From contig CAWCKY010000004.1 in assembly GCA_963796275.1 (NCBI GenBank), positions 576,001-640,000 of the forward strand: a stretch of DNA of 64,000 bases, written 5' to 3'. Made by a program: the position numbers and the translations under genes. Position 1 is the first letter of the stretch, and each line of letters begins with the position of its first letter. Of the stretch, positions 1-11,471 are shown piece by piece. The notes beneath the pieces are model-generated. The model was not told the origin of the DNA, did no database searches, and saw only the letters and a list, made by a program, of their open reading frames with translations. This stretch comes from an uncultured Acidobacteriota bacterium. GTDB lineage: Bacteria > Acidobacteriota > Blastocatellia > RBC074.

Positions 1-3000
1 CCCTCATCGGTGATACGTAGTTCAATCGATTCGGAGGTGCCGGTCATCACTATTTCGGCCGACCGCGCTCCCGAGTGTTTAACGATATTGCGCAGCGACT
101 CCTGAGCGACGCGATAGAGGCACAACGCGGAATCGGTTGGCATCGGCTCGATATTTCCTTGGATCTTGAGGTCGACCGGAATTCCCTGCAGCTCAGCGAA
201 CTCAGAGCAATACAACTTGAGCGCCGCCGCGATGCCGACGTGCTCCAGGGTTGACGAGTGCAATTCGTGTGAGAGTCTGCGGATCTGCTCCGATAACCGG
301 GTGACGCGGTCCTCGAGCTTTTCCAACTGGCTGCGGATGGGGGGATCGGCAGTACGCAATTGCCGTTCGAGTTTGCCGAGACCGAGGGCGAGCGCGGCCA
401 CCTGTTGATTGAGATCGTCGTGAAGCTCGCGTGCGATATGTTTCCGCTCCTCCTCTTGAGCGACGAGCAGCCTGCCAGCGAGGTACTCGATCCGGCCATA
501 ACTTTCACGCAATGCCTCTTCGCTCACCACCAGAGCCTCTTCCGCACATTTTCGTTGGGTGATGTCGCGCGAGATCGACAGCAGCTGCACGACATTCCCT
601 TCGGCGTCGTTGATCGGGGTGATGACGACATCCCACCACTTCGAGATACCGGTCAACGTCGGACAGTAACCGCTGAAGGCTCCTTTACCACCACCGATGG
701 CGCGTGCGATGGATTCGATCGCAGCTTGCCGTTCAGCCCCATACCATAAGTTGACCATCGGTTTATTGAGGAAATTATCGAGGTCGCGAATCTCCAGTCC
801 CTTGATTCCACCCGCATTGATATATCGCACCATGCCGTCAAGGTCCAGAACCATGATGCAGTCGCTGCTGCTCTCAAGGATGCGCCTGTTCAGCTCTTCG
901 CTTTGGCTGAGCAATTCCTCGGCGTGCTTACGCTGGGTGAAGTCTTCGGCCATACCGATGGTAAATTGCGGGCGGCCGAGGTCATCGCGGACGAGCGATA
1001 CGGTGAGATTTGTCCAGACCAGACCGCCGTCTTTCCTGAAATACCGCTTCTCAATCCGGTAGAGGTCGATCTCGCCATTGACCATCATATTGAAAAGGCG
1101 GTCCCCCAGGGCGACGTCATCGGGGTGAGTCAGGTTCTTAAAAGTGGTGGCCCGCATCTCATCAGCGGTATAGCCCAGCATTTGCTGGAACGTCTGGTTG
1201 GTTTCGATCGGCACACCATCGAGATTGATGAGCGACATCCCGACGCCTATGTTGTCGAAAACCGCACGGAACCTGCGCTCGCTCTCGCGCAGGGCCTCTT
1301 CCGCCTGTTTCCGCTCGGTGATGTCGTTGAGCGTGAAGAGCAGGCACTTCTTGCCGCCGAGTTCGATCTGGTCAGCCGAGGATAGCAACACCCGAAGCAA
1401 TCCATCCTTGGTCCGGAACCTCGCCTCGACATTCCTCACTACACCGTGCTCTTCGATCAGCCTGATAAAATCGGCACGCGCCTGCACCGCCTCCCACGTA
1501 TTCAGTTCAAGCGAGGTGTTCCCGATGAGCTCATCGCGGCTGAACCCGCTCATCTCCTCGTAGGCTTGGTTGATGTCGATAAATCGACCTTCGTTCAGGG
1601 TTGCGATGGCCATCGGCTGGGGATTGTTCTCAAAGGCCTTCTTGAATCGTTCCTCGGCCTGTCTGCGCCCCGTGATATCGCGGACCACGCTCAGAATCTT
1701 ATCGCTGTCGCAACTGACAGTGCGCGCCTCGTAATAACGGTTCTCCCCCCCAATAGGCAGCGAGTACTCGATGATGACCGGCTCATCGGAATGCGACGCC
1801 TGCTCAATGACCTTCTCGAACTTCACCGCCATATCGTGCGGGAACACATCGCGCATATTATGACCGAGGAACCTCTCGGGCTGCATAATCAGATCTCGAC
1901 GGTCCTTCACGTGATAGTCCAGATAGACGCCGTCTCGCGACTGAAGAAAGATCATATCGGGTAGCGCCCGGAGCATTGCCCGGTTCCGTTCCCCGCTCTC
2001 CCGCAGCGCGCGCTCCGTCCGTTTGCTTTCGGTGATATCCTGCAAGACTGTATTGACGCCGATGACGACGCCGTTCTTGTCCTTGACCGGATAGTGGCTG
2101 ACCAGCCAATCCTTAGCTATCTCCGGTTGCGATTTCGTCTTGCCGTGAAATTCCAACCCGACCAGCGGTTCTCCCGAATTAATTACCGAATGGAAGAGTG
2201 GCTCGATCTTGTCGGCCAGCCAGGGCAGCGTCTCGCGCAGCGTCTTCCCAACATGAGCCGCCGCCGGCAGCCCGTCGAATTCGGCCAGGCGATCGTTAAT
2301 GCTCACATAACGCAGATCGGTATCGACAAATGCCAGTCCGACCGGAGTTGTGTGGTAGATGGTACTGAGCTGCGCATACTGGTGGCGCACCTCTTCCCCG
2401 CTCCTGCGCAGCTCTTCGCTGGACCAATGTTGCTCCTGAATGGCCGCTACGAGCAGCATAAATGGAATGGTGATCGACCCAAGAAAAATTTGGAGTGACA
2501 GCAGATTCAGTTCCGACGGAAGCGCGATGAATGGGCCGTGTCCGGTGATCGCGCTCCAGACCGAGGTCAGCGTGAGAATGAGACTGGCGGAATAAGTCCC
2601 CACCGGTCCGAGCCTCACTGCAGACCAGAGCAGTAATGGCAGCGGCACGTAGAGGAGCGCTAGAGATGTAGCGTAACTGGCTTTTCCACTGAATATGAAA
2701 TAGGAGACTCCCAACAACCCTCCTACCAAGAGACACGCTTCGAGATAACGCTTGCTCGACGCGATCTGCATCATTCCCTTGCCAGCCCAGAGCAATACCA
2801 CCGGCGTCACCGTAATCAACGCCAGAAAGTTCGATAGGAAAACCGACCACCACGAAATCCAGGGACCGGGGTTAACCGGAAACGGATATTGCGAATCGAT
2901 TGAAAGGAACGTGAGCAGGAAAGAGGGCGAGACGAAGCAGTGCACTGCGAGAGCCACGGTCACTATGGTGAGGTACACGATTACATCCCGTTTCCGGTCG

Positions 3001-3389
3001 AACCGCGGAAGACCATCGAGATATCGCCTCAGTCCACCCACTATCAGGAGTGTCAATGAGATATTGAATCCAATCTGCCAGAATATCCTCCAGTATGGGA
3101 TACCAATAGGTAACGATGCTGCGATATGCGCTGGCACGATTGCGAGCAAAAATATCCACCATAACCGCCGGTTCGGATTCAATAACAATACGGCCAATAA
3201 TATCGCGTTCGGCGGCATGATCGGAGGAATGACCGAAGTCGGGAACCTGATGGTGAATCCGACGATCATGCCGAAATAGTATGTGGCGGAGACCAGAATC
3301 GCGATCAATATCGTGCCGATGGCGAGCGGTAATGGCCGTGTAAAGTTATCTATAGTCCCATCTTCAGGATTGCTGATGGCTTCCCGCAT
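1..3389 (-). CDS. MASE1 + multi-PAS sensor histidine kinase (HisKA_3/NarX-type), 3' end runs off the window
   Basis: Read by hand because it is absent from the ORF track (no stop inside the window). ATG at 3389 gives a hydrophobic MASE1-like N-terminus (YYFGMIVGF..PPNAILLAVLL), then PAS-like repeats, then H-box QEEERKHIARELHDDLNQQ and N-box YRVAQESLRNIVKHS. The start and the window-edge codons are in the same frame. Confidence 0.88.
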   Translation of the reverse strand, partial: MREAISNPEDGTIDNFTRPLPLAIGTILIAILVSATYYFGMIVGFTIRFPTSVIPPIMPPNAILLAVLLLNPNRRLWWIFLLAIVPAHIAASLPIGIPYWRIFWQIGFNISLTLLIVGGLRRYLDGLPRFDRKRDVIVYLTIVTVALAVHCFVSPSFLLTFLSIDSQYPFPVNPGPWISWWSVFLSNFLALITVTPVVLLWAGKGMMQIASSKRYLEACLLVGGLLGVSYFIFSGKASYATSLALLYVPLPLLLWSAVRLGPVGTYSASLILTLTSVWSAITGHGPFIALPSELNLLSLQIFLGSITIPFMLLVAAIQEQHWSSEELRRSGEEVRHQYAQLSTIYHTTPVGLAFVDTDLRYVSINDRLAEFDGLPAAAHVGKTLRETLPWLADKIEPLFHSVINSGEPLVGLEFHGKTKSQPEIAKDWLVSHYPVKDKNGVVIGVNTVLQDITESKRTERALRESGERNRAMLRALPDMIFLQSRDGVYLDYHVKDRRDLIMQPERFLGHNMRDVFPHDMAVKFEKVIEQASHSDEPVIIEYSLPIGGENRYYEARTVSCDSDKILSVVRDITGRRQAEERFKKAFENNPQPMAIATLNEGRFIDINQAYEEMSGFSRDELIGNTSLELNTWEAVQARADFIRLIEEHGVVRNVEARFRTKDGLLRVLLSSADQIELGGKKCLLFTLNDITERKQAEEALRESERRFRAVFDNIGVGMSLINLDGVPIETNQTFQQMLGYTADEMRATTFKNLTHPDDVALGDRLFNMMVNGEIDLYRIEKRYFRKDGGLVWTNLTVSLVRDDLGRPQFTIGMAEDFTQRKHAEELLSQSEELNRRILESSSDCIMVLDLDGMVRYINAGGIKGLEIRDLDNFLNKPMVNLWYGAERQAAIESIARAIGGGKGAFSGYCPTLTGISKWWDVVITPINDAEGNVVQLLSISRDITQRKCAEEALVVSEEALRESYGRIEYLAGRLLVAQEEERKHIARELHDDLNQQVAALALGLGKLERQLRTADPPIRSQLEKLEDRVTRLSEQIRRLSHELHSSTLEHVGIAAALKLYCSEFAELQGIPVDLKIQGNIEPMPTDSALCLYRVAQESLRNIVKHSGARSAEIVMTGTSESIELRITDE

Positions 3390-3627
3390 TTTATCCCTTC
3401 ATTTTCATTCCCTGCCAGACTCATCGGATCGAGCCCGTCAGAATCCATGATCTAACTAAATCCATACAACCAATTTGGGACATCGAGATTGATGACGTGA
3501 TTACTTCTCAACATTAGTTCTCTTTGATGTTTATTTTGTGAATTATAACCCATAAGCAGGGTAACCAGTTAAACGTAATTTAAGCAAAAATAAGAAAGAG
3601 AAAAATCCCAGTAAAAACGGTAGCTTA

Positions 3628-4659
3628 TCACTTGGGAATGGACGACGAGGGAACCCGTACATAGCGGATTCGTTTCCGGTTCCAAGTGTATGTGATATGG
3701 AGGTCGCCATTCTTCCCTTGAATGAGAGCCGGATATGAATATTCGCCCGGTTGATCCTCCAGGGTGTGGAACATCTGAAAATTCTCACCATCCTTGCTGA
3801 CGGCAAGATTCAACGGCGTTCGCCCCTTACCGGTATGATTATAGACAAGCACTACACGCCCATCGGCAAGCCCCACCGCATCGACCCCCGCGCTCGGGTT
3901 GGGGAGATCGATAGGTCGCGCCTGCGTCCACGTAACTCCTCCGTCCGAAGAATCGGCCACGCAAACTTTGCCGATCCGTGCCGTGGATCGCGCGTAGAAT
4001 CGCAGTCGCCTGCCCCCTAACGAGACGACGGCCGGCTGAATGATGCCGTGCGATCTATGCAATGCGGCAGGGTCTGGCGGCAGATCTCGCATCAACTCAG
4101 GCGGTACAGTAATGGGTCCGAATTTCGACCACGTTTTACCGCCGTCGGTGCTCCGCTCGATCCAGCACGACCACGACCGATAGCTTTCAACTGATGTCCC
4201 GCTGACTATGGTTCCATCTTTCATCACCAGCGGTTTGGATCGGATGGGACCATAAAGGCCGGCCGGCAGGTGTTCCACCTGCGACCAGGTTTTGCCGTCA
4301 TCGGCGCTCCAACGTCTCCCGGCGCTCCATCTATCCGGGTGGGGGCCGAATTTATAATAAAGCCACAAACGCCCGTCTTTGTTATGGAACAACACCGGGT
4401 TATAAGTGGCGATCTCCGGCTCGCGAGCCAGTTCGACGGGCTCCGACCACTTGTCGCCGGTGCGGCGCGCGCCCCATATTGCGACATCGGGCTTTCCCTC
4501 CGCCGTCCCTCCGAACCAGGCGGCCATGAGATCACCGTTACGCAACTCCACGACAGTCGATGCGTGACAAGATGCGAAGGGAGCGGATGTGAATATGAAT
4601 TCGCTTGGTGAGGCGGGTTGCATGACTGCAAAGAAGATAAGCAAGAAAGACATCCGCAT
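3628..4659 (-). CDS. Secreted BNR-repeat (Asp-box) sialidase-like beta-propeller protein
   Basis: Signal peptide; Asp-boxes SADDGKTW, STDGGKTW, SSDGGVTW; CHASTVVEL and YSYPALIQ motifs typical of BNR_2 proteins. Confidence 0.85.
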   Translation of the reverse strand: MRMSFLLIFFAVMQPASPSEFIFTSAPFASCHASTVVELRNGDLMAAWFGGTAEGKPDVAIWGARRTGDKWSEPVELAREPEIATYNPVLFHNKDGRLWLYYKFGPHPDRWSAGRRWSADDGKTWSQVEHLPAGLYGPIRSKPLVMKDGTIVSGTSVESYRSWSCWIERSTDGGKTWSKFGPITVPPELMRDLPPDPAALHRSHGIIQPAVVSLGGRRLRFYARSTARIGKVCVADSSDGGVTWTQARPIDLPNPSAGVDAVGLADGRVVLVYNHTGKGRTPLNLAVSKDGENFQMFHTLEDQPGEYSYPALIQGKNGDLHITYTWNRKRIRYVRVPSSSIPK

Positions 4660-5129
4660 GTCGAGGTCTCCTCAGAAAATAATTGCGAGTTTTCCAAGAT
4701 ATTCACTCGGAAACTGGAAACTATTTTTTACAAACGCCTCCCCAGTTTCGATGGGTTAACGGCTTGTTGCACAAAGGGAACTCCGGCTCGATGTTTGAGC
4801 ATCGCGAGGCGCGGGCGACGTAACGTGTACGCCGTGATATCTATGCGCGGCCTGTTTCATCCGCGTGCCCGCGCCATCTAGGCCGACCCTTCCGGGTCGT
4901 GTCGCGCAGGCAGATTTCGACGATTTTACTGAAATCTGCGAGAATCGCATCGAGTTCGCCGGGCTGCTCGATCCCCGTCAGGAAGATCGTGGCCGACGCC
5001 GCCCGGTACAATACCACCCGTAATGACAGATTGCCAGTCAATTGCCGTCAGAGGCCGCCCTTCACGCAAACTGAGGATGCCACTGAATCTACTGCGATCA
5101 TCGCAACGAAGAGCTATTAAACGAAGAGC

Positions 5130-5193
5130 TATTAATGGATAATTGATAATTGACGAGTATAAGGCAATTATCAATTATTCAATATCAATTATC
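5130..5193. repeat. Short inverted ATAATTG/CAATTAT heptamer repeats at the 3' end of the malic enzyme gene (possible terminator hairpin)
   Basis: GATAATTGATAATTG...CAATTATCAATTATTC visible directly. Confidence 0.5.
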
Positions 5194-6675
5194 CGTCCCT
5201 TTCGGGCCGGAGAGTCTTTCTCGCCCTGCCACACCGGTTTCGACAGCGGATTTTATGACTGCCTCGGCAACTTTTCGCGCAACATCGCGATTGAAGACGC
5301 TCGGCACGATGTAATCGGGGTGCAACTCTTCCGTGGCGATGATGCTGGCTATGGCTTCGGCGGCAGCGAGTTTCATCTCTTCGTTTATCTCCCGGGCGCG
5401 GCAGTCAAGCGCGCCGCGGAAGATGCCCGGGAAGGCCAGGACATTATTGATCTGATTCGGGTAATCCGAACGGCCCGTTGCCATAACGCGCACGAAAGGA
5501 GCGGCGTCTTCTGGCATTATCTCCGGCGTCGGATTGGCCAACGCAAAGACGACAGGATCGCGGGCCATTCCTTTGAGATCGGCGACCGTGATCGCGCCCG
5601 GAGCCGAAAGGCCGATGAATACGTCCGCATTCCTGATGCAGTCGTGGACGGAGCCGCGCTCGTTCTTCGGATTCGTGTTATCGGCATACCAGCTCTTCAT
5701 GTAGTTCATGTTGGCCGCGCGACCGCGATAGATCGCTCCCTCGCGGTCGCAGCCGATGACGTTGCGCACACCGGCCTGCATCAGGATTTTGGAACACGCA
5801 ACACCAGCCGCGCCGACGCCGTTGAAGACTACTTTCAAATCAGATGGCTGCTTGTCGACCAGCTTGAGTGCGTTGATGAGCGCAGCCAGCACGACTATCG
5901 CGGTGCCGTGCTGGTCGTCATGAAAGACGGGGATGTCTAGTTCGCCCTTGAGCCGCTCTTCGATCTCGAAACAGCGCGGCGCAGCGATATCTTCCAGATT
6001 GATACCGCCGAAGCCGGGTGCGAGGGCTCTCACCGCCCGCACGATTTCGTCCGGGTCTTTGGTATCGAGACAGATCGGCCAGGCATCGATGCCGGCGAAC
6101 TCTTTGAAGAGCATGGCCTTGCCCTCCATGACCGGCATCGCCGCCTTCGGCCCGATGTCACCCAAACCGAGCACGGCCGTGCCGTCAGTGACGACTGCGA
6201 CCGTGTTCTTCTTGATCGTCAGCGTGTAGGCTTTCTCGGGATCGTCGTGAATCGCCATGCAGACGCGCGCGACCCCAGGCGTGTACGCCATGGAGAGATC
6301 GGAGCGCGTCTTCAATTGCGCCTTGTTCTCCATACTGATCTTGCCACCTAGATGCAGCAGGAATGTACGATCGGAGACGTGTATGACCTCCACGCCGGGC
6401 AGCTCGCCGACGAAATCGACGATCTGCTCGCCATGCTCGACTGATGAGGCATCAACCGTGATGTCGCGAATTACGTGAGTGGAAGTGACTTGAACGATGT
6501 CGATCGCCCCTACATCGCCTCCCGCACGCCCGATGGATGATAGGACTTCCCCGAGCATCCCGACCTTGTTTTCGATGTGCACCCGCAGCGTTATGCTGTT
6601 GGATGCGCTAGGCGCTCTTCTGGCAACATGGCGCGCCTCGATTTGAACGACCTCATCGTTCGCAGGCTTTTCCAT
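5185..6675 (-). CDS. NAD(P)-dependent malic enzyme with N-terminal ACT domain
   Basis: AYTPGVARVC, VTDGTAVLGLGDIG, INLEDI, FHDDQHGTA, GVGAAG, ATGRSDYPNQINN; ACT-like N-terminus (NKVGMLGEV). Confidence 0.95.
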   Translation of the reverse strand: MEKPANDEVVQIEARHVARRAPSASNSITLRVHIENKVGMLGEVLSSIGRAGGDVGAIDIVQVTSTHVIRDITVDASSVEHGEQIVDFVGELPGVEVIHVSDRTFLLHLGGKISMENKAQLKTRSDLSMAYTPGVARVCMAIHDDPEKAYTLTIKKNTVAVVTDGTAVLGLGDIGPKAAMPVMEGKAMLFKEFAGIDAWPICLDTKDPDEIVRAVRALAPGFGGINLEDIAAPRCFEIEERLKGELDIPVFHDDQHGTAIVVLAALINALKLVDKQPSDLKVVFNGVGAAGVACSKILMQAGVRNVIGCDREGAIYRGRAANMNYMKSWYADNTNPKNERGSVHDCIRNADVFIGLSAPGAITVADLKGMARDPVVFALANPTPEIMPEDAAPFVRVMATGRSDYPNQINNVLAFPGIFRGALDCRAREINEEMKLAAAEAIASIIATEELHPDYIVPSVFNRDVARKVAEAVIKSAVETGVAGRERLSGPKGTDN

Positions 6676-6710
6676 TTACTCATCTTTCCGGGGGGCTTAT
6701 TCAGGATCGA

Positions 6711-7004
6711 TCAGTCGGCGCGGCTGCCATCATCGGCCAGGATTACTTCGGGCCAATAGAGGAATCGCGCGCAATTTGAACAGACGATAAACATTCCATT
6801 CTTCGCCTGTTGGAGACGGGCTTGCGCAACCGACAAATTGCAGGCTTTGCAGCGTACGCCATTGATCGGGGCGAATGCTCCGTGTCCATTTCGGTTGGCG
6901 AAGTACCTGCGCAGGGATTCGAGCGTATCTTTTGAATGAGGCTGGGCCTTGAGCAACAGCCTTACCAATATCTCTTCTTCTATCTTCTCGGAAATGGTGT
7001 TCAT
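6711..7004 (-). CDS. Small C4-type zinc-ribbon protein
   Basis: CKAC...CSNC. Start moved to ATG 7004 (MNTISEK), which follows an AAAGGAGG RBS. Confidence 0.75.
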   Translation of the reverse strand: MNTISEKIEEEILVRLLLKAQPHSKDTLESLRRYFANRNGHGAFAPINGVRCKACNLSVAQARLQQAKNGMFIVCSNCARFLYWPEVILADDGSRAD

Positions 7005-7023
7005 CTTCCGACCTCCTTTTTCT

Positions 7024-7374
7024 TTAGCGTCGCGCCTGCTTCCTCGGCTGGTGGGGATGAATCTCTTCCAGCATGCTTCGGACGCCAATTAAATGGTTAT
7101 TAAAGATTTCTCGAGCTACGTCGAGCAGTTTAAATAAGGCGGGGTCGGTGACCGAATAAAACACATTCGATCCTTCCTTGCGTGCAGTCACGATATTCTT
7201 ATTGCGAAGGATAGCGAGCTGTTGCGAGGCATTCGCAGATCCAACTTCGAATTTCTGACTGACTTCGTTCACCGTCAGCTCCCCTTCGCGCAAGGCATCG
7301 AGAATCGATACGCGCAATGGATGTGCCAACGCCTTAAAGAACTCAGCTTTGAAATTGCTCAGTTTTTGTCTCAT
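7024..7374 (-). CDS. ArsR/SmtB-family transcriptional regulator
   Basis: KAEFFKALAHPLRVSIL...SQQLAILR...RKEGSNVFYS winged HTH. Confidence 0.93.
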   Translation of the reverse strand: MRQKLSNFKAEFFKALAHPLRVSILDALREGELTVNEVSQKFEVGSANASQQLAILRNKNIVTARKEGSNVFYSVTDPALFKLLDVAREIFNNHLIGVRSMLEEIHPHQPRKQARR

Positions 7375-7405
7375 TGAATTTTATCGATTCGGCGGTCGCA
7401 AGGGT

Positions 7406-7433
7406 TAGCATCTGCGAATCTTTGCAGATGCTA
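7406..7433. promoter_or_regulatory. Palindromic operator upstream of the ArsR gene
   Basis: TAGCATCTGCGAA-TC-TTTGCAGATGCTA (13-2-13 with one mismatch), about 30 nt upstream of the ArsR start, resembling the 12-2-12 ArsR/SmtB operator geometry. Confidence 0.7.
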
Positions 7434-7655
7434 GCTTCTATTCCGAAATGTGTCAAGACATGTTTTAGGAATATTTACGATTCTTTTTAAACCTAAACCT
7501 ATGCAAGCCGCCATAAGTAGGTACAAGACGCAAAGGGTGGATAACGCGCTATTTATTTATGATGCCTTAACCGCGTTTTTGTATTTTTGATATTTGCGAT
7601 TAATTTCCGATCTGAATTGCGCCTCAATTATAGAGGGTAGAGAAAAGGGGAAAAG

Positions 7656-9926
7656 ATGGATAAACCGATTTCTCGCAGACAGGCATTGAAACATTTCGGC
7701 TCGGCGGGCGCAGGCGCGCTGCTCGGCTCCTCGTTATCGCAGGAGGACGACGATATCCGTATCGCCGGGCAAGCGGTCGAGATTGCGGTCGCTCCGGTGA
7801 GCGACCACACGATGCGTCTCAGCGTGGTTCCTATTGAGAAGGGGAAGCCTAGGACGATCCCCTATGATGGAGCGCTGGTACAACAAACCTGGTCGCCTCC
7901 GGTTGCGCGCTTCTCGAAACGGGGGCGCGATCGGAACGTGCGCTGTGGCAAACTGCTGGTGCGCCTATCGCCCGAGCCGTTGACGATTCGTATCGAAGAT
8001 GCGGAAAAACGTCTGGTTCAACAACTCCGGCTCGATGAGCAGACGGGGGCGCTCGATTTCCTCCTGGGCGACAAACCGCTGCTCGGTCTCGGAGAGGGCG
8101 GACCGCAATTCGACCGGCGCGGATCGACCGATCGCATGCGCAGCGGCCAGGGCGGCTATCGGCTGCGCACTCACGGCGGGCGAGTTCCCATTCAATGGCT
8201 GGTCGGGACTGGCGGCTGGGCGATCTTCATAAATCAGCCTTACGGGACGTTCGATTTCACGCGCCCGGAGGCACGCTTCGATCCGGGCAGCACTCCCCTG
8301 CCGCTCGATCTCTTTATCATAGCCGCGCGAGAGCCGGCCCAGGTCATGGCCGAATATGCGCTATTGACGGGCCGCCCGGAGATGCCTCCTCTATGGTCGC
8401 TGGGCTATCAGCAATCGCATCGATTGCTCGCCAACCAAGAGGTGGTTCTCGATGTCGCCCGAACTTTTCGTGAAAAGAAGCTGCCCTGCGATGCGCTCAT
8501 CTATCTCGGCACCGGCTTCACTCCATCGGGATGGAACAAGTACAACGGAGAATTCACCTGGAACCAGGCGGTCTTCCCCGATCCCCAGAAAATTGTGGGC
8601 GAGCTGCACGCCCAAAACTTCAAAGTTGTCCTGCATATCGTTCTAGAAGGGCGGCGACTCGCGGGCGCCGTCGGCGAGCCGTGTACGGCAGCCCCCCTGC
8701 CGAGCGGTCGAACGCCTGATGAGAAGTGGCCGGACGACCGGCAGGTGAGTTGCTACTGGCCGGTACACAAGAAACTCTACGACGATGGAATCGACGGTTG
8801 GTGGCCGGATCAGGGGGACGGACTAGACGCACCTTCACGCCTCGCGCGCAACCGCATGTACTGGGAAGGCTCGCTGCAGTTTCGCCCGAACGAGCGCCCT
8901 TATGCGCTGCATCGCAACGGTCACGCCGGCATGCAGCGGTTCGCCGCATTTCTCTGGTCCGGTGATGTCTATTCGACCTGGGAGACGCTCCAAACGCACG
9001 TGCCGGTCGCAGTCAACACTGGGCTCACTGGCATTCCCTATTGGGGGACGGACATCGGCGGGTTTGTGCCGACTAAGGAATACACCGGTGAATTGCACGT
9101 GCGCTGGTTTCAATTCGGCGCATTCTGCCCGCTCTTCCGCGCGCACGGAAGGACGTGGAAGCTGCGGCTGCCCTGGGGTTGGAACACGGGCGAGTTGGGT
9201 CCCAATGAAATCTCAAACTACAGAGGTGGCGCAGCCAACCCCGATTCGAGTGAGTTGCGCAATCCGGATGTAGAGCCGATCTGCCGCAAGTATCTGGAGC
9301 TGCGATACCGGCTGATGCCCTATCTCTACTCCGCCGTACGCGAAACGCACGAGACCGGCCTCCCGATTATGCGGGCTCTCTGGCTGCATTATCCCGACGA
9401 CGCGGCTGCCGTCGCGCGCGGCGATGAATATCTCTGGGGGCGCGATCTACTGGTCGCTCCGGTAACCGAGAAGGGCGCCGGGTCGCGTCGGCTCTATCTC
9501 CCGCGCGGCAACTGGTACGATTTCTGGACTGAAGATAAGGTCGAAGGTGGTCGCGAGATCGAACGGCCGGTAGATCTAGCGACGATGCCGCTGTACGCGC
9601 GCGCCGGTTCTATCATTCCCTTTGGCCCCCTCAAAATGTATACGGGGGAGCAGGTCGAGGGGCCGCTGGCTCTCAACATCTATCCGGGCGCCGACGCAGC
9701 TTTCACGCTCTATGAAGACGACGGGGCGACATTCGACTACCGCCGCGGAGAATGGATGAAGCTGCAGATGGCCTGGAGCGATAGCCGCCGGACGCTGACG
9801 CTGCGGCTCGCCAGAGGCTCGCGGATGCTGCCGCCGTCGAGGCGCGAGATAGAGGTGCGCATCGTACCCGAAAAAACAACGCGCAAGATCGCATTCGAGG
9901 GACGGACTGTCGAATTTAAATTTTGA
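7656..9926 (+). CDS. GH31 glycoside hydrolase (alpha-glucosidase/alpha-xylosidase-like), Tat-exported
   Basis: SRRQALK Tat motif; PPLWSLGYQQS, DGWWPD (nucleophile), WSGD (acid/base), WGTDIGGF, RWFQFGAFCP, LYEDDG. Confidence 0.93.
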   Translation: MDKPISRRQALKHFGSAGAGALLGSSLSQEDDDIRIAGQAVEIAVAPVSDHTMRLSVVPIEKGKPRTIPYDGALVQQTWSPPVARFSKRGRDRNVRCGKLLVRLSPEPLTIRIEDAEKRLVQQLRLDEQTGALDFLLGDKPLLGLGEGGPQFDRRGSTDRMRSGQGGYRLRTHGGRVPIQWLVGTGGWAIFINQPYGTFDFTRPEARFDPGSTPLPLDLFIIAAREPAQVMAEYALLTGRPEMPPLWSLGYQQSHRLLANQEVVLDVARTFREKKLPCDALIYLGTGFTPSGWNKYNGEFTWNQAVFPDPQKIVGELHAQNFKVVLHIVLEGRRLAGAVGEPCTAAPLPSGRTPDEKWPDDRQVSCYWPVHKKLYDDGIDGWWPDQGDGLDAPSRLARNRMYWEGSLQFRPNERPYALHRNGHAGMQRFAAFLWSGDVYSTWETLQTHVPVAVNTGLTGIPYWGTDIGGFVPTKEYTGELHVRWFQFGAFCPLFRAHGRTWKLRLPWGWNTGELGPNEISNYRGGAANPDSSELRNPDVEPICRKYLELRYRLMPYLYSAVRETHETGLPIMRALWLHYPDDAAAVARGDEYLWGRDLLVAPVTEKGAGSRRLYLPRGNWYDFWTEDKVEGGREIERPVDLATMPLYARAGSIIPFGPLKMYTGEQVEGPLALNIYPGADAAFTLYEDDGATFDYRRGEWMKLQMAWSDSRRTLTLRLARGSRMLPPSRREIEVRIVPEKTTRKIAFEGRTVEFKF

Positions 9927-9947
9927 TCACAATTGCGGCAGCCTCAT

Positions 9948-10037
9948 TAGTTTTCAGTTTTTAGTTTTCAGTTTTTAGTCGCAGTCTTCTTGAAATCGCC
10001 TGACAGCGCAAATCATGCTAAAAACTGAAAACTGAAA
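9948..10037. repeat. Heptamer-repeat hairpin element (TTTTCAG/TTTTTAG)n-spacer-(CTGAAAA)n, copy 1
   Basis: Inverted heptamer tracts between convergent genes. Confidence 0.8.
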
Positions 10038-10083
10038 CGTCTGGCCCTACGTCTCCCCAGGTTTTTGTATTGATCTCTTCGGT

Positions 10084-11368
<1,285 letters not shown>

Positions 11369-11471
11369 TACTCTTATGCCCCTTAACTTCCGACTTCAGT
11401 CCCATTAAATTCATCCCAGCAAAGCTTACAAATCATTTCATCTATCGAATTCTGTAAATCGCTCAGAGGCA

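Noticed and set aside
50-3279. Many short ORF-track entries over the first 3.3 kb
   Set aside because: They are shadows of the single minus-strand kinase ORF 3389 to <1; the same applies to antisense ORFs over other long genes.
4700-5120. Possible small gene between the sialidase-like and malic enzyme genes
   Set aside because: Several short overlapping ORFs, none with recognisable motifs or a convincing start; at most a gene remnant.
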